Positions 50,963 through 60,966 of a stretch of DNA of 64,000 nucleotides are shown piece after piece. Both the position numbers and the translations under genes were made by a program. Numbering within the stretch: position 1 is the first letter of the stretch; every line of letters begins with the position of its first letter. Source of the DNA: Lama glama (Eukaryota); NCBI GenBank assembly GCA_028534125.1, contig CM052818.1, positions 11,658,001 to 11,722,000 on the forward strand, written 5' to 3'. The notes under the pieces were generated by a model. The model worked only from the letters and a program-made list of their open reading frames with translations. It searched no databases and was not told where the DNA came from.

Positions 50963-53349
50963 CAAATGCAAAAAGTTGAATAAGAGCCACAGAGCCTTAT
51001 GGATTTCATAGAGCTGGAAGTGATTTTAAGAAGTGATTAGAGGCAGCCTTTTGGTACCTAAGAGGGGAATAAAACGATCCCAATGGATAGTTCTATGTTT
51101 CTCTTCTGAATATTTTCAGCAATTGAAACTATATAATTCAAGAGATAACTCCTTTTCCAAAATGTGGCCTCTTCCAATCTTGAATGTATTATGCACCTAA
51201 AATCTTTTGGTGATCTAGGTGTCAGGCCATCTTATAAAGACAATACAAGCCTTAATATTTCCATCCCAATGAAGCAGGCTGTCAGTTTAGAGACACTGAT
51301 CAACCTCATCACTTCGTATACAATCAATTTGTGTTACTGGGTATGAAAGTACAGACTGACATAGATCCAAATTACTGAAATCAGATCAGCCCTAAAACAA
51401 ACTACATTTGTTGGCAGGCCAGAATTTGAACTGAAGTGGAAATTACAAAACATTAACCATTATTTTCTTAATTGCCTAATTCTCAGAACTTGAGTATGGG
51501 GGATGCAAAGGTGGAAATCTGAGGTCTTAAAGAAATGTTTCTCAACTTTTTCTATATCCATGGTCGAAACCAAAAGCAAGACACTCAGATAAAAATTCTC
51601 CAACTTTTTTTCAGTTAGCTGTGCATTGATTCCAAAGGATTAGCTTATATAGTGGCCAAAATGACCACAAAGGCAGATTTGAGGATATTTATCTGCAAAG
51701 CTTTTACTGACACGGGTATTCACAAATATGCACATTTTGTTAACATAGATTGATTGAGACAGGATCTGTGGGCAAAAAAACAGGGGGGAGGTGTTAATGA
51801 GAATTGTTTCTTTATCAAACGGACTTTACTTGTTCAATAGAAAGAACTGCAGAACAACTTAAACTCTTCTGCTTGCCCTGAATATTTCCGAATTACTTCT
51901 AAGAATATCTCTCTCTCCTTTTCTTTACTCTGTAACTTCATAATGCTATCTTATTAAAACAAAAATCATCATCATCATTATCATCAACAAGAAAGACAAC
52001 TTTCTGGAGAAAAATGAAAAGACTATCTCTAATTGCTTTGGGAACAAGAGGCTGATGTTGGGATTTGAATTTTTAAAAAGTGTACCTTGATGTCTTACAT
52101 GCTTAGTGTGCTGAACAACATGTGCATTAATCTCTTGAATCTATATAGTATATGAATTTCCCTTGTACTCCTAACTCATGAAACTATAAGGAATCCCATA
52201 GACTAGCATTCTTTCTTGCAAATGGCCAAAGCTTCCAGTCGGCCAGGCCACTTTATTTTTGTTCTGGGTGGGATGTGGATTTGTGGGCAGATGACAAGGT
52301 GCTAATGAGGAGCTAATGTCCCTGCAGCTGGCAAACTGCCAGCCTCAGGTGGGAGGATGAGCGCATTTGTCTGCATTAGCCCAGGACAAAGGAGGGAGGG
52401 GCTGGGGGAAAGCCAACTACAGGTTGAATAACTGGACTCACATTGGATTCTGTGTCCCATTCCTAAGGTAAGGGGCCATTTTGGGGTCTTCTAGGTGGCA
52501 TGGTGAGTTCTCATGAGGATACACTTGACTTGGTTCTCATTCTGGAATGAATTAGTTAGAATAGGCAAGTTCAGAACCTGTCCCACCTCATCACCAACTC
52601 AGGATATAATCATATTAATGAAGAACCAGGTGAAACTTCTTGTCCACGTTATATTCATTCAAAGTTAGTTATACAAATGTCTAGCCAGATAGCTTCTTGA
52701 ATTCAAAATTTATTTTTAAAAGAGAACGGCACTTTATTTTCTAATTTTGCCATCAAAAATTCACATCATGCGTTTCTAAGCCAGGCGGCTGATTGGAAAA
52801 AAAAAAAAAAAAACCCCAGAGAGACTTGAAATTTCAGTAGAATCATTCTGCCTGAGCAGAATACAGCTGAGGTGCTTCCACCTGGGCCACTTTCACCCAG
52901 GTCTCCCTAACGTTCATTTCAATAACAATTATCCCTGCTACATTTTAAAATCTCACCAATATGCTTATTAATGTGTATTTTCACATACTTAAGGAAAACA
53001 AAAAAGGTTTTTAATGGAGATACAGGTTTGGAGGGATAAAAATAAATACTTTCCCTTCCTGGAAATGATTTTTAAAAGCTTGAAACATGAAAGTAAATAT
53101 TATTAACACACTAAATGATAATCCTAAATTGCTTGCACATCAAGTCATATTACATAATTTTATATGCATTCATAATGTTTATTCTATATAAGGTCATTGC
53201 TCCATTCACGGTGGTATTTTGAATTCCCTGCTAACTAAGGATCATGGCGTATAGGCTCCCAGCTAGCCCTATCCAACATAAGCGTGCATGATGTGATTCT
53301 CCTGACATAGAACACGAACCACGCAGTCGAAGCGTCTCTACCCTGCAAG

Positions 53350-53830
53350 ATTTGTCCCTGGCCCACTTCCCCCACTTCGTCCTCCTCCCCAATCTCTGCC
53401 CTGCTCACCAAGCTTCAACTCCCTTCTGGGTTCTTCCGGACAGGACAAACAGTTTTCACCCCAGGACTTTTAAAAGTGTTGTGTGCAGTGTGCCTGGAAA
53501 GCTCTCCTTCTCAGAGTCAGCCTAGCTGGTTTCCTTTTCAATCTTCAAACCTAAACTTGTCCCTCAAAGAGTTCCCCCTGCCTGCTTCCATCCCTCTGTC
53601 ATAAGCATATTTCTCTTTGAAGATGTCTGGCTCAATACTCCATTTTTTCATTGGTAACTTGAACACAATGTTTCTTTCTTTCACAGCTGTTTATTTTTGC
53701 TTTTATTTGCCTGTCTGTTTTCTTCCCCAGTAGAACCACATGAGCCTTCCTCACTGATGTATTCCCTGGGCCTGGCACGGTACTGTATTCAGTAGGTACT
53801 CAATAACTATTTGTTCTATCAATGAGTGAG
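53350..53830 (+). mobile_element. L2 fragment including the 3' end
   Basis: 'ccccaggacttt...tgcctggaaagctctcc', 'ccccagtagaa', 'gggcctggcacggtac...agtaggtactcaataactatttgtt...aatgagtgagtg'. Confidence 0.7.
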
Positions 53831-54059
53831 TGTAAGACATGGAGTAAGGTCTAAAATACCTTAGGATGCAAGTTTTCAGCATGATTTCACTCACAAAGAC
53901 AATGTTTTTTAGATGTTGAAGAATAGTTCAGTTTTAGATGAAAGACAAATTCTTTTTCAAGTTACTTCATACATTATCGATGCCACTTTATTGCTGTACA
54001 GGCATGCAGTGTTCTCCTGAGCACTCATTTTAGCTTCACTGAGATAACTAAAACAATCA

Positions 54060-54255
54060 TGGGTAATATTAACTGAGCATCTTTCAAAGTACTTGTTTTA
54101 TCTCATTCAGCCCCTACCTTGGAGAGGAAGAAAGGGAAGCAGGGCAGGGATGTGTCACCCGCCAGGGACCTACAGCCAGGAAGCAGCAGGGCTGGGTTTG
54201 AGTCTGGACGTTCTGGTTGCGGAGACCAGGCTCGGAACCACCACAGTATACTGTC
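54060..54255 (-). mobile_element. MIR SINE (GC-shifted)
   Basis: 'aatattaactgagcatct...acagccaggaagcagcagggctgggtttgagtc...gaaccaccacagtatactg'. Confidence 0.6.
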
Positions 54256-54726
54256 GTCCACACTCCTGTGCGCACAGTGGCCACTGCTGATGGACTGTGC
54301 GACAGCCACAGGCTCTCACTCCATGTGCATATATGGAATCCGTGGGAGAAAAAAAAAACAAAGGAGAAGGACTTAGAGCATCGTGGCATAGCTCCACTTT
54401 GGGGTGGCTGGTTCATGGACTTCCCACTCTCAGATGGATCTGAATTATAAGCTCCTTCTCACTTTCTCACCATATTGCCTATGACATTTGCTTTGTTTGT
54501 AGCACTGCAGGGTCCACTTCTGCTGCCTTCTGATCTTTCACTTCCTCTGCCTAGCTATCCTTGGGCGCTCACAGCTCTCTCTCTTTATTTCTCAAAAAAG
54601 ATTCTTATCAGCAAAACAACCATTACCACTGGTTAGGTTGCTACTATTGACCATATGCATGGAAACTAAGTGTGCATGAGATCAAGGAGACATAACATGG
54701 GAACGGCTGCCCAGAGGGCTACGTGG

Positions 54727-54729
<3 letters not shown>

Positions 54730-54810
<81 letters not shown>
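54730..54810. repeat. (TC)n microsatellite, ~40 units with interruptions
   Basis: Seen directly. Confidence 0.97.
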
Positions 54811-55321
54811 GTCTGTGTGACTTTCAAAACATGGCAGATACCAGTTGAAGAAACAGCCTCAACAAACACAGACAATTAACTGAAGAGTCTTTTGACAGAT
54901 ATTTGAGGGCCAGAAAGTGCATGTGGTAAATCTACATTGCACTTCTTAAAAAGAAAGGCTGGTGTGATCCTAGGTAAAGACTGCAAAATATTAACCAGAT
55001 TGTCAGCCTAAGGGCATGAGTTCCATCAGCAGGAATTTTGTCAAGGTAGGACAGATTGGTTCCATAACAATGCTGAGAACCAGTGGGATAAACGGACAAG
55101 GGAAAGTAGCAATACCCCAAACAAAATATTTTTTCAATGTGATTGCTGGTTTTGCTTTCATCGCTCATATAGAGGATCTGATGAACAATGAAAGTAGACT
55201 CTAAAAATAACTATTCCAGCCAGGGTGAGTAATATCTAAATTACCAGTGGGTGGCTAGTTTCACACACCATTTACATTGTAAGAGTATCAATCTACCTTT
55301 GACCCCAAGGTTGATCCTTTT

Positions 55322-55691
55322 CCCGAGTCAGCAAACATTTTCTTAAAAGGCCAGATAGTAAGTATTTTAGGCTTTGCAGGCCACATATCTCTGTCACTAC
55401 TACTCAACTCAATGTCACCACAGTGCAAAAATGGCTATAATGCAGTAAAACAGACAACAAGAAAGAGCAGATAATAAAGAAATGAATGAGTGTGGTTGTG
55501 TTCCAATAAAACTTTATTTTTGGACACTGAAATTTGAATGCCATATCACCTTCATGTGTCATGAAATATTATCCTCATTTTGATTATGTTTCAATCATTT
55601 AAAAATGTATAACACATTCTTAGCTAACAGGCTATACAAAAATAGGCAGTGAACCAGATTTGGCCCATAGACCATAGTTTGCTGACCTCTG
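55322..55691 (+). mobile_element. MER58B hAT-Charlie non-autonomous DNA transposon
   Basis: 'gtcagcaaacattttcttaaaaggccagatagtaagtattttaggctttgcaggcc...ttccaataaaactttatt...gatttggccc...tagtttgctgacctctg'; carries a ~30-bp insertion near 55440. Confidence 0.9.
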
Positions 55692-55814
55692 CCTTCTAAT
55701 ACTACAGAAAAACAAACAAATAAACATTCTAGGAGGAACTCTGAAAAGGAGTTAAGTCTCTTGAAATACCAGATTTTTTAAAAGGAATTAACCATATTCT
55801 TTCATATGTGAATA

Positions 55815-56205
55815 TCACTTTAACCCTTTTTATTCAAGTACATGCACACAGTAAAAGTGTGCCGTTTGACGAATATTCACAAACCAAACACAGTTGTGTA
55901 ACCATCAGACAGATTAAGAAACAGAACATTAATTCATCATCGAGAAGTTCCCCTCAGCCTCCTCACCTGTCAGCTACCATCACCACCACCATCCCCATCA
56001 CCATTACCACCATCACCATCATCACCACCACCACCATCAGCACCACCACCACCACCATCAACATCACCATTACCACCATCAATACCATCACCTCCACTAT
56101 CATCACGACCACCACCATCAACATCACCACGACCATCACTACCACCACCACCACTCCAAGGGTGGCTACTACCTTGACTTCTAAATGCACAGATTAGTAT
56201 GCTGG
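55815..56205 (-). mobile_element. Old L1 (L1MD/L1ME-type) 3' fragment interrupted by a triplet expansion
   Basis: 'ttcacaaa...aacacagttgtgtaaccatca...agattaagaaacagaacatt...agaagttcccctc' and 'actaccttgacttcta...cacagattagt'. Confidence 0.65.
55976..56154. repeat. Degenerate (ACC/ATC)n trinucleotide repeat, ~60 units
   Basis: Seen directly. It generates the Thr/Ile-, Val/Met- and Gly/Asp-rich ORFs in the track. Confidence 0.95.
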
Positions 56206-57254
56206 GTGGGTTGGTTTTTTTTTTTTTTGGTATGGTCATTTACTTTTAAGAAACAAATTAAAAAGTTGTAGGATAAATTATGGTTATACAATAAAAAGGA
56301 CAAGCAGTTGTCCTAACTGAAATTTATAATTTTGAAACCACATAATCATAGACTCTGGAAATGGAGATTTTAAAGAATATCCATATTTATACCCTCATAT
56401 TATACCAAGATCACAGAGTAACATAACTAATATATTTATCATTCAGTTATCTAAGCAAATATTAGTTCAATAAGCAGTAGGCACATATGCATGTGGTCAA
56501 AATCTATCCATCAATAATAATATCTACACTCAGTAAAATAATAAATTAAATTTCTGGCTAAGCTTTTATTGTCAAAGTTCATATCTCCCTCATTTTCATT
56601 ACATAATTGACAAAGCATTGAATTTTTTTACACTGAGTGTCAAGGACTAGCCAATTCTTTAAGCTATTGGCACTGCTAATGAAGATAAAGATCTTAACCA
56701 CAACTTACAAATGACTAGCCTTCATCATAAGGTGCACACTGAATAATATTTATTGATTTTATTAACTATTTTCTTTTGCTGTATATATCAAGGTATCTCC
56801 ATGTTTAAGCTGGAGTATCAACTAAATATAAAATAGCCCTTTGCTAATTTTATTGACATTACAACAACAAAAAAGACATTTGTATAATACTACAGTAAAA
56901 TTGGGCATTTCAACAATCTTAGAGCAGAAATTTTAAAGACTATATGCTGCATTTCCAAACTATGATAAAATACAGGAGCAAAGTCAGATAAAAGGTAAGA
57001 TCTGGAGCTGTTTTAACACCGTTTTATGCAGCCTCCTTTGCAATACCTTCTTTCTTTTCTTCCCCACAAAGTGAATGTTTTTACCAGAAGGTAATTTATA
57101 CTAACAAGATCTGAAAATGTTTGTTTTATGGAGAAAAATTAAAACATGTTATTATTTAAGTGTAAATAGCAACGTATAACTTATCCTGAAATAACTCATT
57201 AATATCTCTAAGTATAAAAGTAAACTAATCCCAAAGATTTAAATGGGATTGGGT

Positions 57255-57400
57255 ACTCCTGACCAGTGTTGCTCTGGTCTCCGCTTTGTGACAAAGCTCT
57301 TCCTTTGACCATGGCAAATTATCTTGAACCTCAGTTTGCTCATCTAAAATGTGCTATTGCGAAGTTTCTTTCCAGTTCTAAAAATATAAGTATTCTAAGC
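57255..57400 (+). mobile_element. MIR fragment
   Basis: 'tttgaccatggcaaattatcttgaacctcagtttgctcatctaaaat...ttccagttctaaaa'. Confidence 0.6.
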
Positions 57401-57741
57401 ACAAGAAAATAATTAACATCCAAGCAAAAGAATGTCTTCTTTCCTGAAATGCCTGAAGATAGCATAGTTAAGAAAGAAAGTTTAAAAGCAATTTTCCTGA
57501 AATGTTATGAACTCCTCCAATAGTTCAGAGGCGAAGTGTTAAAGACACTTCTACATTAAGAAATGAATGTCTTACATGGTAAGAATGCATAGCTCCAGAC
57601 AGTTCAACTTTTCAACTGCTGGCCAAAAAACTTTTATCAACTCTACATCTTTTAAAAGTGAGACTTTGTGGCTGGCCCATCCCTATCAGTATAAATTCAA
57701 TCCAATTTAAAGCACGGTAACAATGGGGGCGGTCTCAGACT

Positions 57742-57801
57742 ATTACTTTCAATGGGATTGAGTCCCAAAGGATGGCAATGATGAGTCCCACTGAAAGTAA
57801 T
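57742..57801. repeat. Inverted repeat (16-bp arms, 1 mismatch)
   Basis: attactttcaatggga (57742-57757) pairs with tcccactgaaagtaat (57786-57801). Confidence 0.85.
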
Positions 57802-58583
57802 GGAGTAAGCAATCACATGCCATTACTCTCAAGGAGACACGGTCTCTACTACCCATAATAACATGGTAATACAAATCTGCACTGACTCATCAGCATGAAG
57901 AATGAAAATGTAAAAGAATTTCAAAGCCGCAGATGTGCACCCTGAGACCCAAGAGAAAAAATCCTCATCTTTCCTGTACCCATCAGAGTTGAAACCTATT
58001 CGAGTGGGGCCAGAATGGTCCAAGAACCCAGAGGAAGGCAGCATGACCCCAGGAACAGGCTCTGTCCTTCTCACACCACCCTTGAAGCAACTGCTAACGT
58101 GTTGCTAAGTGCTGTCTGTAGTCACGTGCCTGTTTTGTGCCCTTTTCTTTCTCACTTTAGTTTTCAAGTTTTGGCAACTTAGAGGAGAATAGTTTTTCAC
58201 CCTCCGAACCACAGTTGGTCAAATTCATTACAAATGAGCTTTCCGCTTCTGTTTTAATACATATGTGTTTATTTCCCCAATAGGTGGAAAAATTCGATTT
58301 TGACTTCTTTCCATATTACATGCAGGTAAAATTCCAAGAAAACCTGCGTTTTAGACATAAGTGAGTTTGCAAGATTTCCTCATTTCATTTCCTTTAACTG
58401 GAAACTTGTTTTTGAGCAGGAAGAAGATGTGTGCTCTTCCAAACCTCCTCTCAATTCTAATCTCTCAACCAGTGAAAACAATATGAACAAGAGATGGGAG
58501 CTACTTAGACTAAGCATAGCTGAGGTTCCTTTGTCAAAGGAATGGTCAAGAAAATCACAATGAAACTCTTGCAAAGCTGTATC

Positions 58584-59013
58584 TAGAGGTGTGCTAGTAA
58601 ATGTTTAACAGCTACCCATCAGGGAGGAAAAGGGGCTCTGATTGTAGTATCATGTGCCAGTTTTCCTGGTATAAACAATCCCACCATGGCCGATTTCAAG
58701 TTACCCACATGATGTTACTAAATAGAGGATGTCGGAAAAGATATGCAGCAGAACACACTGTGCGGTGTTTTCACTATAAAGACACAATAGACGTAAATGA
58801 CGTCCAGATCACAGACAATAGTAACATGTCATGAAGTAATTAAAAAGCGATGAGTGTTCAGTATCTATTACTTCTGTCATAAATATAATTTATCTATATG
58901 TACAATTATTTAATTTTTAATAACGGCTGTGTTTAACAGTGGGCTTACAAAATGCCTGACAATCTAACAGTTGGCTCTTGTGAGCCAGAACTGATCAGCT
59001 CCAGACAACCAGT
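58584..59013 (-). mobile_element. MER63B-like hAT-Blackjack DNA transposon
   Basis: Ends 'gaggtgtgctagtaaatgtttaaca' and 'ttggctcttgtgagcc...gctccag', with internal 'cccaccatggccgatttcaag' and 'tttaatttttaataacggctgtgtttaaca'. Confidence 0.85.
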
Positions 59014-59224
59014 CTCTTTAACTTGGAGCAAGAAAGTTGACACTATGTCAAGGGTCACAAGGGACTTGCAGATAAGTGAAGACATTTCTAGACTAAGATC
59101 AGTGGGATTTGTCCTAAGTAAAAGACCCAAGTGGACAGAAGTTTCTGAAAAGTCATATGCAAGCTGCTTGGTACGTGACAAATGAATTAAGGTCACATCT
59201 TCAAAGGTTCCTATGTAGAATTTT

Positions 59225-59400
59225 TGATGTGGAAAGGGCACTTGAGTCAGACAAACCCAGGTTTAGCTCAGCTCCCCTTTGTTACTTGTGTGCCCTTGAT
59301 TTATCTGTTTCAAACTTTTTTGTGCTTTAGTTACCTCCTTTATAAAATGAGGCTAATAATAGATTATACTATTGACATTTATGAGAGATATCACCAGAGT
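59225..59400 (+). mobile_element. MIR fragment
   Basis: 'gtggaaagggcacttgagtcagacaaacccaggttt...gtgctttagttacctcctttataaaatgaggctaataat'. Confidence 0.65.
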
Positions 59401-60029
59401 CTCTCGAAAATCCTTCAATTTCCGAATACCACAATAGTATATAATTTCCCTCATGAAATGCAATAATGTAAGTGAAAAAAATTAGACAACTCCCTCAGAC
59501 CTCTGATGATCTTATAAAGACAGGTTTTAAGCCATCTATGAAGCTATTAAAATAAATTCAACCATCTGTAATTTTCACAAAGTTTCCTCTTTTATTTAAG
59601 GAACAACTTTTGACTCGAACAGCTTCATGAGTCACTTTTTCTTCCACCTCTTCAGTGCATACAGTGAATTCTTCAGTTACAGATCTGAGCCACAGACAAA
59701 TCTAGCACTGCATTCCTAAATGTATCTAGAACTTCTAATGTTCTAACTAAAACCCTTATTTTCTTAGATTTCTTTACTTCCATCATTAACCCTTGACGTT
59801 CTCTAGGATTTTTTTTCCATATGCAAAAGAAAAATAAACAGTATTTACATTATAAAAATTCTCAGCGATGAGAAGAGAAAACAAAAACATGCAAAGGTGT
59901 GGATGTTAAGAGATCAGCCAAGTACGCTCACTGTCCAGTAGCTACCCGAACATATAAACCTTACAGAGCAACTCAGACTCCTTTGTCAGTATCATTAAAA
60001 ATCATACATGCAGCGACATTTCAGTGACT

Positions 60030-60185
60030 CATGAGGAGTCATAACTGTGAATGACTCATTTATAAATGCCAAAGTTCCACTTACTAGAGCTACCGGGCAT
60101 AATTTTGAGAGGATTAAATAAGATGGTATATGTGAAATACTGGGAACAATGCTTGAGACTTAAACATATCATGTGCCTCTCTCTT
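60030..60185 (+). mobile_element. MIR fragment
   Basis: 'tcatttataaatg...ttgagaggattaaataagatggtatatgtgaaatactgggaacaatgc'. Confidence 0.6.
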
Positions 60186-60584
60186 AGTTCCTCCTCGTAC
60201 AGTAAAGATAAAAATGGCCCCAGAAGAAGACAAAATGTAGGGAGAAAGTTCTAGATTGCTCTCCATGCTAATTTTAGACTATTCCCATTGCAGGATGTCA
60301 GTGTGCCCGTCACTCCTTAATATTCAGTGAGTGACAGCTCTAGCCAAAGGAGAAACAAGTTTCCTCCTCAGGGATGCCTGGGCACACCCTCATTAACTTT
60401 ACTTCTGCCCATTTGGAACTTCCCCTTTGCTTTTGCTAGATTGTTCCTTCAGCTTGTCCCCCAAAACTGGTTAGTGGTGGAGACAGTTCCTTTACCAGCA
60501 ATCCCCTTCCCTCCTTCTTTTCCTTGTCTTCTCATGTGGCTGGGCTACATATACCATCCAAACTTTCAAGGCTCATTTTCCCAT

Positions 60585-60966
60585 TGTCCTAGTCAGTTTG
60601 GGCTGCTGTAACAAAAATCCCATAAACTAGGTGGCTTAAACAACAGAAATTTATTTCTCACAGGTCTAGAGGCTGGGAAGTCTGAGATCAGGGTGCCAGC
60701 GTGATGGGGCTCTCACGAGAGCCTGGCTCACAGAGGGTTGGCGTCTTGCCGTGTCCCCCCTTGGCAGAGAGAAGGTGGGGAGGGAAAGGACTGGGGGGAC
60801 CATGCCTCTCAGGTCTCTTCTTGTAAGATCTCTAATCCCCTCATGAGCGCTCCACCCCCAAGATCTGATTTCCTCTCAAAGATCCACACCTCCTAATACC
60901 ATCCCATTGGGAATTAGGGTTTCAATCTATGAATCTAGGAAGGACACACATATGTGGGCTAGAACT
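60585..60966 (-). mobile_element. MLT1A/MLT1A0 MaLR solo LTR
   Basis: 'tgtcctagtcagtttgggctgctgtaacaaaa...ggtggcttaaacaacagaaatttatttctcacag..ctagaggctgggaagtctgagatcagggtgccagc...cacctcctaataccatc..attgggaattagggtttcaa'. Confidence 0.9.

Noticed and set aside
45562..55691. Two MER58B copies in inverted orientation as ends of a composite transposon or a dsRNA stem
   Set aside because: No shared target-site duplication, no transposase between them, and the copies are highly diverged; independent insertions are the simpler explanation.
55808..56239. Mucin-like Thr-rich, poly-Val and Gly/Asp ORFs
   Set aside because: Artefacts of the ACC/ATC triplet repeat inside an L1 fragment.
57742..57803. 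Resemblance of 'attactttcaatgg' / 'tgaaagtaatgg' to the Made1/mir-548 centre
   Set aside because: The Made1 terminal inverted repeats (TTAGGTTGGTGCAAAAGTAATTGCGG) are absent.
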